64,000 nt of DNA from Octopus vulgaris. Its lineage: Eukaryota. Both the position numbers and the translations under genes were made by a program. The DNA lies in contig OX597814.1 of NCBI GenBank assembly GCA_951406725.2, positions 26,784,001 to 26,848,000 on the forward strand, given 5' to 3'. Below, in pieces: positions 26,386-39,039 of the stretch. The notes beneath the pieces were generated by a model that was given only the letters and a program-made list of their open reading frames with translations, was not told where the DNA came from and did not search any database. Within the stretch, counting starts at the first letter, position 1, and each line of letters starts with the position of its first letter.

Positions 26386-27437
26386 GTCAAGTTTGGCATG
26401 GTCCTCTGACTCACCAGCCTCTAGTGAACCATCCAACATATGGCAGCATGGAAAATGGATATTAAATGTTGATGATGATACACACACACACACACACACA
26501 TATATATAACTACACAAATCTTGTGGCTCAAAGGGAGTATGACTTGGTAACTAGACCATACTTTTGCTAATTGTTTAGGTGCCTACACAGAGGCAAGCAG
26601 TCATACATACCCTCTTAACCCAGTAGAACAGCTTGGATATGACAGATAGATGATGAAAGGGCTGCACCAGCTAACAACACTGGAACGATATAAACTATAT
26701 TGCCTGGCTCATGAATCAAACTTTTTACCTTACTATCATAAGCCCAACAACATAACCACAAGGCCATGAACCTTCACCTATATATGTATGTGTGTTGAGA
26801 GAGGGAGAGAGAGAAATATTTTCAACAAATTTAAAATATTTCAATTTTGATTTGAGCATACTGATGCATTATACCAGACATATCAAACTAAGATTATGCG
26901 AAGGTAAACAACACATCTAATGTATGTCATATACATATAGTGTATATGGCATACATATACACTATAGTGTATGTATGTGTGTAAGGGATGGGCTCACATT
27001 GCAAATTTTTTGTTTTGTTTTCTATCTTTTTCATTGCAATAACAAAAGATTGTAGTTGAAGTGGCTTTCTTTCTAAAAACTTAAATATTGGGTGCACATC
27101 TTTTTTTCTTTATTGATGATAACTATTTTATCTTTCCACTCTTCAGTAGTACATCGTTTTCCATTACAGTACTTAATAACTTTAAAAATGATACATAGAA
27201 TTAGTTTGGTGGTCAACATTGCCTTCCACACTACATCAAAAGCAAACATCAAAGTTCGATCTTGTATTACTTTTTTGTATTTTTTAATTTTATTTATATA
27301 CATTTTGTGATGTTAATTGCAGCATTAAATTTTGTGATGTTTGTTATAATTATTTCAGAAATGTTTTTAATGATATCATGTTTCATTAGATAGTCTCTGA
27401 CTTCCTTCCTTCCTTTGCTAGAGGACATAGAACAGGA

Positions 27438-27485
27438 TTAGAAAGAATCTGCTGCAAAATTTGCCATCTTCATTTTTTTGTAGTT
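27438..27485 (-). CDS. Candidate terminal coding exon, phase 0: NYKKMKMANFAADSF*
   Basis: Very strong acceptor TTTTCTTGTTTTTTTGTTGCCTCAG|; in frame with the phase-0 donor at 29998; AATAAA at 27294-27289. The phase-1 reading (ELQKNEDGKFCSRFFLILFYVL*, to 27418) is also open. Confidence 0.55.
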   Translation of the reverse strand, partial: NYKKMKMANFAADSF

Positions 27486-27587
27486 CTGAGGCAACAAAAA
27501 AACAAGAAAATTACATATATAGTTTAAATGAGATTAGATCAATTAATGAAGCCTTAAAATAACTTTATTACAACTGCTAACACTAAA

Positions 27588-27593
27588 GTAGCA

Positions 27594-27660
<67 letters not shown>
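27588..27660. repeat. Compound (CAG)n(TAG)n microsatellite
   Basis: Seen directly. Confidence 0.95.
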
Positions 27661-28060
27661 GTTTTTATTAATGCTTGCTAACTGGAACAATACAACAGAT
27701 CTGGAGATAGAGTATAGTTAATTAATGACTGCTACTTATTTTATAAATGCCAAAGGGAGAAAAGCCAGAATAGCCTGCTGAAGGGTCTGTACCTAGAGGG
27801 ATTAATCTAAATACTGTTAAACATTTAAACTACTGCACTGCAGGATTTTGCTTTTTAATTTAATTTTATTAGTTTTTTGGGGGTTTCTTTTTGTAATTTC
27901 ATTGACATAATGAAAACAACAACAACAACAACCCTTTCTTTACTAGCCACAAGAGCCTATACGTAAAATAGTAAACATATTTTACAAACGAGATTACAAG
28001 ACGTGATAACGCACACACAAAAATGCACAAACAAACACATGTATATATAGAGATATACAT

Positions 28061-28620
28061 ATCATCGTCATCGTCATCATCATCATCATCATCATCGTTT
28101 AACATCCATTGTCCATGCTGGCATGGGTTTGGATGGTTTGACCAGAGCTGGCAAGTTAGAGAGTGGCATCAAGCTCTAATCTAATTTGGCATGGTTTCTA
28201 TGGCTGGATATCCTTCCTAATGCCAACCACTTTACAGAGTGTGCTGGGTGCTTTTACATGGCACCGCACAAGTATTTTTACATAGTACCACATGGGCATT
28301 TTAATGAGGCACCTCATGGGTGCTTTCCTGAGGCATCTCCCAGGCATTTTTACATGGTACCTCATGGGCAGTTTTACATGACACTGCACTTTTACATAGC
28401 ACTGCCACAAGTGCTTTTTATGTGGCACTGGCACAGAACTCTTGCAGGTCAATCATCTTTGCCAAGGGTACTGCACTTAACTTAACACCTCTGTTGTGGA
28501 ACATAGGTCTTCTTGAGTACAGCAAAGGCCTGATCCTTTGTCTCATGTCTTCCTGGGTCTCCCACTTCCACATGTTCCATCTACTTTGAGAGATCAACTC
28601 TTCTCTATGGAGCTGTCAGC
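28061..28620 (-). mobile_element. RTE LINE 3' end with ~22-bp minisatellite (28246-28434) and (GAT)n tail
   Basis: (CAT)n then GTTTAACATCC...CCATGCTGGCATGGGTT...GGATATCCTTCCTAATGCCAACCAC; 28545-28610 encodes a VDGTCGSGRPRKT-like RTE motif on the minus strand. Confidence 0.85.
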
Positions 28621-28660
28621 ATACAGGGTGCAATGGGTAAATTATGGAGCTGTCAGCATA

Positions 28661-28820
28661 CAGGGTGTGATGTATAAATTGTTGCCATTTTATATTTTTG
28701 ATTTCCCAAATGTGGTTTGTTTGGCTTTGATTTTGTCACCTACACAGTATTGTAAGGTCAGTTGGGCACCATCTGTGAGAAAAACAACACCATGATGAAA
28801 TTCACTCTGCTAGAAATTTC
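28661..28820 (+). mobile_element. Tc1/mariner 5' end fragment
   Basis: TA|CAGGGTG terminus typical of Tc1/mariner TIRs, interrupting the RTE remnant; no matching right TIR found. Confidence 0.5.
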
Positions 28821-29997
28821 TTATATTCCCTCTGAGCCAACTTGGGACATACTGCAACAATGTGTGCCATTGTTTTATGCCAAATTCCACACACTACATT
28901 TTGCTCACACCTTCTCCTCATATACATATTATCTCAGGTTGTTTGTTTTTAAATCTTGATCTTGAGCTGCTATAATAAGGTTCTCTATTTATTTTTATGA
29001 TAGCCCTTTTAACAACCAAGCCCAGATTTTTACTCCACGTACATCCTCAGTGGCTTTCCAAAACTGACCATACAAAGGTTTCTCTTCATAGCATTTCATT
29101 TGTCTTCATGTTCTGAGTTCATGTGTGGGATATAAGATCAAATCACCAATAGGAAGTACCCATAACTCTGAAACAGGTAGGAAGAAGAAAAGAAGTTATC
29201 CACTGACATACTGCTTACAGCAGAATGTACTGTATTGAAGGAGTAAAAAGAATTTAACACACATAATTTGACTATCTCCTTTCCCTTTCAAATATCAAAG
29301 AAAAGTATACAAAAAAATATGGTCAGTCTGATTTAGTAAAACCAAATGCCTTTTTATCAAATGTAATATAAGTTTATAACCACCATGAGTTCTCTTGTTT
29401 ATGCAGCACAAGTCAAACCATACAAAAATTAAATTCTTCTTCCTACAACTTCTTTTACTCATGAATTTACTTTTATGTGTTTATTTGGAAAATATATATA
29501 GGACAGTAGTTAAAACATATTCATTCTACGTTATATATTGCCCTAGAAGCTTTTCCCTCAAGGTTTACATCCTTCATAAGCCAAGTCAAACAGAGAAATT
29601 CACCATAAGGAAGTCTATCCATACTTTACACTACTTGGAGCTTTTTCTTTCAAATTTTTTTTAATTCTTTAATATATTTTTGTCTTTCTTGTAATTAACT
29701 TTTCATTTCGTACTCTCTGGAGGAAAAAAAATAATGGTAATCTTATTTCCTTTGTGTATGACTCTTTTTTTCCTTTCTAATACAAAGGAAGAAAAATTCA
29801 ATACGTTCTCATTAAAATTCATTAAGGATTTACTTTTGAAATTGTCTATTCATTCTATTGTTAGCATGTCTCTCACTCTTCCCACAATCACATTGTTTAC
29901 GATTATTATTATTAATTTATTTTTAGTCAAGTGAGTTGCTATAAAACTCATATTTCTTCTGTTGTACACAGATGAGACAATTCACACATATACATAC

Positions 29998-30041
29998 CTT
30001 AGCTTTGAAATCATCTACATTGATTGTGTTTACAAAAATAT
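29998..30041 (-). CDS. Candidate internal exon, 44 nt, phase 1->0: (D)IFVNTINVDDFKAK
   Basis: Acceptor TTATACCTATTCATAG|, strong donor AAG|GTATGT; bridges the 37178 donor (phase 1) to the 27485 acceptor (phase 0) without stops. Confidence 0.55.
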
Positions 30042-30877
30042 CTATGAATAGGTATAATAATGTTGAGTGGTTAAACAGATACAAAATGTCCGAGACATGG
30101 GAAATGATTAAACAATCCAAAGGTAAGACATTTTGAAAAGATAACTTCAACAATTACAAGAAACGAAATAAAGAAATCAAGTTAAAAACAAATTCAGTTT
30201 ATTTCTATCTTGATGAGTGAGATGATTTGTAAATAAAAAATTAAAAAGTAAATTTTAAATGCCTGAAAATATAGGTTTCCAAGTAAACTGGCAGCAACAA
30301 CTGGCAATGTGTTACTGTTGAGGGGATTACTTTTACTTTTTCTTACATTTAATTTTTCATTTGATTCCATTCTTTCATTCTTTGTTTTCGCCTACATCAG
30401 AAATATTGTATAAGAGGAATAAATGAATGCAAACTTAACAGTCTCAGTAGCTTTTATCTCTTGTATTGATTTCAAAAAGAAACACACATGCAAGCATACA
30501 GTTATACACGTAAATATGTATATGTGCAGGTGTGTGTAGATATCTATATGTATATGAATTGCTGTTACATATATATATGTATGTGTATGTAAACCTATGG
30601 AGTAGACATACAAACATGGCAAACTTAACCATTTCTCCATAGACTGAAAACATGACAAATAGCCTTAATCAATTTTCAAACTTTACTGGGTTCTCATCAG
30701 AGGTGTCTACATCACTTGACCAACCCCAAAGAAACAAGAAGCCAATCTGTTTATATGCACAACAAATCTACTAGCTTCAAAGAACTGGAGTTACGAATTT
30801 GAATACTATAAGTATTGAACACTTTATTTAATGTTAGCAGCCTGTTAATAAGGATTTCAGTCCACACAATATCAAGG

Positions 30878-30943
30878 TATATATGTGTATATGCATATAT
30901 GTATGTATCTGTTTATATAAATATATGTATATATGTATTTATG

Positions 30944-30995
<52 letters not shown>

Positions 30996-31108
30996 ATATT
31001 ATATGTGTATATGTATGTATTTATACGTATATATGTGTAAATATATGTGTGGGTGTGTGTGTGTATATACATATGTAGATATAGGTACGAATATATGTGT
31101 GTGTGTGT
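30878..31108. repeat. Compound (TA)/(TG)n low-complexity array
   Basis: Seen directly; similar arrays at 44828-45530, 52470-52800 and 56350-56640. Confidence 0.9.
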
Positions 31109-31679
31109 AAATATATTTCACCCTGCCTTTGAACTGTCTAGTCATGCTGGTCTGGGTTTCTGCTACATCTATTTGGACTTACTCCATTTCATCTTTACAC
31201 AACCCCACTAAGTCTGTTTGATAGCTGCAAAGCTCTTTCTGTTGTATTTGTGGTATATGTATAATTATTATTTTTTCCTACTGTTGTATATAGCCGCAAG
31301 GCTTCATGCTGTTATATATGCATAATTATTTCTGTTGTATTTATATAATGTCTTGTTTGTTTCTGTCTTAGTATGCATTCACTAGTTTTTCCCAGTAGCT
31401 TAATAACAGCACTGGCACCTCCAAGATTAAGTGGTCTCAATGGTAATGGTGCAAAACCACTATGATATTTTGTGTCATTGACTGACAAGGAAAACTTATC
31501 TGCAAATATTTTGTAGACCGTGTCTTTGTCTATATTTCCCATCCATTCAGTTTTCATCTAGTTTCCCATTTGCTCTACTTTCATCTAACCTTTTCTCCTT
31601 GTTGTCTTCTGTTTGTTCAACCCTTGATATATATATATATATGAATTCAACAAGTCTTTGTGTTTATCCAAAATGGAAA

Positions 31680-31850
31680 TGAACACCATTCCTCCATGTG
31701 ATCAGCTTGAAAAATTAAGATATTAAGATATTTTCCTATTTTTCTTAACATGAAACCAATAGTAGCCAATGGTGGATAGAATTTGACAAATAAAGAAATT
31801 TTATCCAGTAATGCAGTGTTGAGCACTCATTTTCAAAATTCTACATTTAC
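31680..31850 (+). repeat. Unclassified dispersed repeat, copy 1 (copy 2 at 52512-52672)
   Basis: GAACACC.TTCCTCCATGT.ATC.GCTTGAAAAATT...GATATTTTCCTA.TTTTCTTAACATG...AATGCAGTGTTGAGCA.TCATTTT shared between the copies. Confidence 0.8.
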
Positions 31851-32158
31851 ATATATATGTGTGTTGCCAGCTTCTCCAATGGCAAGTGGGTCACTGCGCC
31901 ATTAGAATCCATATATAAGAACCTATGTTAGTATATAAGGGTCCCTGCCTCAAGTCTGAGAATTTTTTTTCACTCTTACTTATTTCAGCCTGGCTGTGTT
32001 TGTAGAGAGTTGAAAAGAATACTTTTAACAAAAAAAATTAAATGATATCATGGTAGTTGTGTGTAGGCCCTCTTGTAGTTGAAGATGGGCCCACTTGTAG
32101 TTGGGGGTGGGTCCCCTTAGTCTCTTGGCAACCAATATTTTTAGACCCACACCACCAC

Positions 32159-32195
<37 letters not shown>

Positions 32196-32196
32196 A

Positions 32197-33047
32197 CTAG
32201 CTGATGTACCCGGTAATTCCCAGGAGAGTGGGACCTATCCCTTGGTTTCATTCTCATAATTGTTTCACTAATATAATAACAACAATACAAAGTATGTAGC
32301 CCTTAAAACAGTTTTTGTGCAATACAGAGAATACTGAACTGTCTTTCACAGGATCTTATTTTTAGGAATTCCCAATAAGTTATGAATACCCAAATTATGA
32401 AGTCAATTATGTAATAACATGAAATTAGTTACCCGATTGTAAGAATTCAAATAAAGTAGCCCTGAAAAGGGCTTTAATGTATTCCCAGAGTATATAGAAC
32501 ATAGGAGGATATACTAATAAGGTATGCATACTAAAATCAGGATGCATATTACATAATAACAGGCTAATCAGATATGAGATAATAACAATTCAAAGTAAAT
32601 AACTCTGAAAAGGGCTTTTGTGCATTCTCAGAGAATATTACCTTCAACAGCGCTAGTGTTGATATATTCGTGAATAAGTCACTAACCGAAATAAGTGGGT
32701 CTATTTTTTAAGAAAATGCTATTTAATTGTTTAAGGGTTGTACAGGATAAATTGCGAAAATAACTCTAACAGTTCAAATACTAAAAAATAAGCATACTCA
32801 ATTTGATTTATACCAAATTATTTAGGAAATGAATGGGTTATTTCCCTTGGCTATATATAAGGATCCCTTCCAGGGACCCTATTATCGATTTTTTTTTTTT
32901 TTGTAACAATCTGAGTATGCCATGAGGTTTCCAGACATGAGTTCTACTCACGTGTCATGTTACATCAAAATCGATAAAACGATGTAGGAATTAGCTAACA
33001 ACTCCACAAACACAGCCACAGACAGAATTTTCCACATATTTAGTAAA
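32197..33047 (-). mobile_element. Non-autonomous Helitron, copy 2 (851 bp)
   Basis: Colinear with 16043-16947; canonical CTAG|T 3' end with hairpin CCTGGGAATTACCGGG; 5' TC mutated to TT. Confidence 0.88.
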
Positions 33048-33479
33048 TATATGAGTGTGTTTGTGTGTTTGCGTGTGTGCGTGCGTGCGTATGTGTAGTT
33101 TTGATCACGGCATATCAAAGTGAATCATGCCCCCCAAATTTGCTAGACTGAATGGTAGAAAACAGACAGTTAATCCATTATCATAGCACAGAATGCTTCA
33201 ATGAAGGGAAGTTCGCTGTTGATAGTGATCCACAGCTCCAATAGTATCCAAAAGTATCCAACATTGATTGAAATTTTAAGCATGACATAAAACTATAATG
33301 AAGATAGATGAATGGATTATCTGGTGTTGCTATAATTGTTTCAAGAGTCTTTATTGTGATGTAAGCATTGTACAATCAGATATACTGTATGTACAACATC
33401 TATAAATCTGTAATATGTTATGCAACTCTCAACTCATCAGGCTGCCAAATAAACAAGCAAGCAGTGACATGTTGATTAA

Positions 33480-33835
33480 ACATCCCTTCCAATCAATTGG
33501 CCAGGGAATCTGTTGCTGAGTGACTGCCGCACATTATGGCTGTAGTGAGCCAGCGCTCCATCCTGCTGGAAAATTACACTTATTCCCTTTTCTCTTTCAA
33601 TGTCTGAAATTTGACAGAACACATACATTTCTAGTGCCCGTAATCATGTTTTCTGCAAACATGAAAGGGCTGACAACATGATCATGCAGGAGTCTACACC
33701 ACACATTAACCTTGGGTAAATCACAAACATACTGGAAAATTTCATTGGGTTGCTGACCTCCCCATATCCAACTATTATGTTGGTTAACACAACCATTTAT
33801 GTGGAATGTTGCTTCATCACTAAATAAAATTCTGT
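33480..33835 (-). pseudogene. Tc1/mariner transposase catalytic-domain remnant
   Basis: Frameshifted translation ILFSDEATFHINGCVNQHN...PKVNVWC...FQQDGALAHY...VRQ...FPGQLIGR. Confidence 0.85.
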
Positions 33836-33899
33836 TAAGATAACTATCATGAATAGTCTATGCTGGCAGGGTACATTTTTCACCATGGAAGATCTTTGC

Positions 33900-34565
33900 A
33901 TTTATGTGCAACCATGTATCTCATTGTCTGGTGAGAATGTAATCAATCTGACTAGTGTGGTCACTCAATTGATAGACTTATTGGGTGATTGGCTAGCTTC
34001 CTGAAGATGGTGTTGCAGATCATTAGGTTATTCACATCACAGAACTCCAGCAGCCTTGTTCCTTCTTCATTTCATGAACCAATTCTATGGCTCCCATGTA
34101 CACCATGGAAGATAACTGGCTGCTGCCCAACATGTTCATTGAAACCACCAGCCACAAAGATGAGGTCACTACCATTTGTCTTTGAGGCAGCATGCAGAAG
34201 AATATCATAAAAGCAGTCCTTTTGTTCATTTGGTAGACTCACGTGGAGGGCATAGGCAGAGATAATTGTTGCTGTACTACTCTGAAAAACTAGTCTGAGC
34301 TTAAGTAGTCTATTGCACACTCTGACTACCTCTATCACTTTATCAACCTATTTCTCTGTGAGAAGTATCTACATCACACCACTTACCCCGTCAGTTACCT
34401 TCCCAGAAGATTTTACACCTTTGTGTCTTGCCCGTGAGGAGCGTGACTGAAGCTCCCCTCAACCTTACTTCTTACATCAACACACCTCTGTCCAAGCATC
34501 TCAACAACCTTGTCAGACTTACTTTTCAATGTGCCTACATTGACAGTGCCAACTCTGAAAAACTG
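33900..34565 (-). pseudogene. RTE LINE apurinic-type endonuclease domain remnant
   Basis: FRVGTVNVGTLK...IISAYA...FVAGGFNEHVG...NEEGTRLLEFC...NTIFRK...SQIDYIL motifs, with stops and frameshifts. Confidence 0.9.
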
Positions 34566-34899
34566 GAAAGGAACATGGAAGGGAACATGGGAAGTGGGGA
34601 TGGCATTCAGCTTCTGAAAAGAAGGTTTCAATGAATGTTTGATAACAGGCATGTCATTTAAGTTGTTCTCGCTTTAATCTATAATCATTCAATCATATTA
34701 AAATTGCTGTTGGAAGTGAGTGTAGAACAAGCATTGCTAATATAAACATCATTGATACAAGCAAATGGGTTAATGTTTAAAATAAATAAAAAGCTAATTG
34801 GTTACTTCATTATAAGTAGAGAGAAAGGGGTAGTGATTAGTTAATTGACTAAATAAGTAATGCAGTAATGTGGATGAGAGTACTGGTGGTGTGGGGAGC

Positions 34900-35400
34900 T
34901 ATGTGAGCCTTCTGATACAGAGGAAAGGCTTCCAGTATTGGTGGTAGTGAAAGGGCAGAGCCGGGAGGGCCTTCTGACACAGAAGAAAGATTTCTGCCAT
35001 AAGAGATTTCCAGGAGTATAGGTGGTGCAAGCAGGATTGGGTGGGCGCATCATGAAATACGCCAATACAAAAAGGACAGGGAGACTTGACCACTGGAAAT
35101 GGCAGCCAATACAAAGATACGAGGAGGACAGCTATGCTAGAGGCAGTAGAAATCTTTGAAAAATAAGAAAAGACTGCTCCTTTCCAAATAGGGGGATGGG
35201 TGGGGTTCAATAGAAATCAGGAAGGAAAGATAAAAATTAAAACGAGTGAGGGACATCAAAAATTATGATTATAAAAGTTAACTTAAATTAAGTTACAGAC
35301 AGGTTAGTAATTTATGAGGTAGAAACACAAAATAAATGAATAATGTACGATTAGGGCAAAGAGATGGTTTACTTAGGTAGACATGATGTTAAACATGGAT
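34900..35400 (-). mobile_element. Possible CR1/L2-type LINE endonuclease remnant
   Basis: Weak motifs: KGAVFSYF (GGGVxxY-like) and CIGVF..RPPN (YRPP-like) across a frameshift. Confidence 0.35.
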
Positions 35401-37177
35401 AATTTTTGAGGCTATTATCTGCTAAGTCGCTATTGTAATATGGAGACAGTCCTATCAAGTGTATCTCTGCATTTCTGCAAGAAGAGGAGTTTACTATGTT
35501 GTAAGGATTCTAAACAGATTTACAGCCCTCTCTCCACCTATGCATTTTCCTGTCAAGAGAGACATTGGCCTACAGATTTTGAGGCCTATCAACGGTTGCA
35601 TTAATCTCACTAGTCTGGAAGATCCGTCAAAGGTCATGGGCACTGCCCCTTTTCCCTTGACTATCTAATTGAAGAAGTCTTTTTCTCTTTACTGCAAGTG
35701 GATAAAGGAATAAATGATAATATCAACTTTTAAAACAATTGAATTCAGAATGTATAGGGACAAGACTAAATGCTAAAAAGTCATTTAATTTAGCAGACTG
35801 CTATATATGCCATTTTCACTTTCAACTGCCCACTTTATATAATATTGAACTGATAAAGATAAAATTGGGGAAAACAATCTTAAACTGAGCTAGTCACATA
35901 TTAATGAGATAATGAGAATGATACCCTAAAAGTTTTCCATTAGAAGCCAAACTTGGTGAAATACTATTCTCATTTATTTCCCCATGAAACATTTAGTAAA
36001 CATTATAGCAATTAGTCAACTACTAATGAAATTAATCTGAAGCTTAATTGTCATCCTTCTCCTGTTTCCATTACTATAGCACTAATTACATTAGTTAGCT
36101 GTTAATAGTTACATAACATTGATAAAACTGATTTCTTTATGCCAAGCAGGTAAGCCTGTTTCACAAAAACAATCAAGTCAGAAGATGTAGTCCACCAGGA
36201 AATGAAAATGTTCTCATTTCCACCTATTTTAACTTTATTTTCTAAGCTAAGGGGGAGGGGAGGGTGGAGAACGGGTATTTTCCTTTACTAGAATGAGTTA
36301 GTATGGTCTTGCAAATCTGAATATTTCCAATTTAAGAGAAGCCTTTATCTTTAGAACTGGGTAGCCTTCCTATGGAAATCTATTCAATATGAATTAGCAA
36401 TGATAACCTATCGATGGAAAATCAACCACGCAAGAAATATCTAGGTTGGCATGATAAGGACACCAATAATTGAAGACCTTCAAGCCATGACTAACTTGTT
36501 TTCTTTTAAGGTATACAACAAATGAAAACAACAAATTTTCTACCTTTTCTCTATGTACCTGAAAAGGAAATTGACAAATAAAAATATTTGCCTTATTTAG
36601 TTATTACATCCCTACTACCACCACCACTGCCATCATCATCAGTTATTATCTTCTTTCTTATTGTGAGAAACATTTGCACAACAATACATTCTTATACTCA
36701 ATTTTGAGGTCCAATTTTCTAAATTCTTATCAAATTGTCCAGCCCAAGATTGTCTTCAATTCTGCTCTGGCTTTCTTTAAATAATAATAAGGATGTTAGT
36801 TTTCTCCGTTATTAAAGGGAAAATAATAACATGTAGATTTTTAAATACACATATGTTATCAATAGCCAAACTCTTCTCTGCAATGTTATCAGTTCAGACA
36901 ATCAAAGTTTAACTTTTCTTTAGGAAAGCTAGCAATCCAAAATTTCTATTATTTAGAAGAAGCTTGACCAGTCATCTACTCTCATTATATTAATTACAAT
37001 TACTTTATTAATCATGAGGAGACAAATGTTAGTTATAGTAAGAAATCAAATGCAACAAACTTCATAATGCAAAATAATTTGTCTTTTCATTTCATCACTT
37101 ACTTCATTGTTCTGTAACTACTGGTAATAACGACTTATTTTAATCAAGTAGAAGTCCCTTACTGTAAGCGTATTTAC

Positions 37178-37231
37178 CAAAGAATTCATTCTGTTTGATC
37201 ACACTTGGAGTAGTGGATGGTGAAGCTGTTC
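37178..37231 (-). CDS. Candidate internal exon, 54 nt, phase 1->1: (G)TASPSTTPSVIKQNEFF
   Basis: Acceptor TTCTATTATTTAG|, donor TTG|GTAAAT; a second in-phase donor CA|GTAAGG 15 nt further (exon end 37163); read-through ends GKYAYSKGLLLD*. Confidence 0.55.
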
Positions 37232-37652
37232 CTAAATAATAGAATTTGTGGATTGCAAAGATATTGTATTATATAATGGGTGATTGAACTGATAACTTAT
37301 AAAGAAATGTTAACTTTTTCTCTTCTTCACAGCAGACCAATTTATTTTACTTTTAAACTAATTGTTGACACAAACCAACACTAGTTTCCTTGCATCTTAC
37401 TGCATTTCTTCATTACATACTCAAGTCTGTATATTAATATTCATATATGCTTTTAAGTTGTTCCTCTAATAGACTTGCATATTAATTCTTAATTCTGCTC
37501 TATCTTTTGGCATGGCACACACTTCTGTTAAAAATCAATTGTTTATTTTATAAAACAATTTTTAACTTGGCAATATGACATTATAATTAATTGTCCAGGA
37601 CATTCTGCTTCTTCACTTACAATATACCACTGCTTATATGAGTGTGTGTTTG

Positions 37653-37690
37653 TGAGAGAGAGAGGGAGGGAGGGAGAGAGAGAGAGAGAG

Positions 37691-37740
<50 letters not shown>
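37653..37740. repeat. (GA)n(GT)n microsatellite
   Basis: Seen directly. Confidence 0.95.
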
Positions 37741-37742
<2 letters not shown>

Positions 37743-38452
37743 GAATGAATGAGAATAGATAGTTAAGGATGTAGGTAAATAATGAGTTCAAAAGTTATTT
37801 GAAACAAGATAGCAGATTTGTTATCCAGGGAGGTTAAATGTCTTTCAGCAGAAATAGTTCACATAAAACTATAATTTCTATAAATGGAACATGTTTTGGT
37901 GGAATTTTAGCCCAAACTCATCAAATTTATTGATTTATATAGATGTTTATTCTTAGATTTTACTCTTTCCAAGTGACCAGTGAAATCTCCAGTCATCCAC
38001 AAATATCATAAAATATACATGCTAAAACAAGTTTTGAGGGAAATTATTGAATTATTTCTTAACTTTAACAAATGGACACTATCTTCAGTTGATATCTCAT
38101 TGTCTTTTTTTTTCTTATTAATCGATTTATATCAAAGACTACTGTTAGATATAATGGGCATAATCCATGAACCTCATGTCCTGTTGTGTTTTACCACTGT
38201 ACTATAGTTTACAGTTATTCTATAAACTTCAGTCCATAGTTTAGAGTTCAGTTGATATGTTGAGTAGAAGATCTTATGTATTGTAATATCTGCTATCTGC
38301 TTTCAGCAAGCAGTGATTTACCACAGCTTTTTGTTTCTTTCTTTATTTTGTTATCTCAATATCTTATTTTGTTGTTACATTACTATCTATAGAACTTCTT
38401 ACTCTAAAGTATTGAGATAAGTGTGGTAGATTATAGAAGTCAACATTATAGA

Positions 38453-38623
38453 AGGCGCAGGAGTGGCTGTGTGGTAAGTAGCTTGCTAAACAACCACATG
38501 GTTCCGGGTTCAGTCCCACTGCGTGGCATCTTGGGCAAGTGTCTTCTGCTATAGTCCCGGGCCGACCAATGCCTTGTGAGTGGATTTGGTAGACGGAAAC
38601 TGAAAGAAGCCTGTCGTATATAT

Positions 38624-38661
<38 letters not shown>

Positions 38662-38872
38662 TTGTGTGTCTGTGTTTGTCCCCCTAGCATTGCTTGACAA
38701 CCGATGCTGGTGTGTTTACGTCCCCGTCACATAGCGGTTCGGCAAAAGAGACTGATAGAATAAGTACTGGGCTTACAAAGAATAAGTCCCGGGGTCGATT
38801 TGCTCGACTAAAGGCGGTGCTCCAGCATGGCCGCAGTCAAATGACTGAAACAAGTAAAAGAGTAAAAGAGTA
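38453..38872 (+). mobile_element. Full-length young tRNA-derived SINE (family A; probably one of the described octopus OK/OR families)
   Basis: A-box TGGCTGTGTGG 38464-38474, B-box GGTTCAGTCCC 38507-38517, internal TA/TG microsatellite, (AGTAAAAG)n tail, many intact CpGs. Confidence 0.9.
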
Positions 38873-39039
38873 TATCTTCTGAATTATTAAGGATCTATGA
38901 GTTTAAAGGAAAGTGAATTTTTAGTTACATATTAGATATCAAATACAAGAGGTAGGTAACTAATCAAGAATTAAATGGTTTACATTTTCAGTCATTACTC
39001 AAAATGAAGCATTTCTTAGGATTGATCTTGTTTTGTATT

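Noticed and set aside
38453-38530. tRNA gene
   Set aside because: A and B boxes are present but continue into a SINE body and tail with many decayed copies in the window; no complete cloverleaf seen.
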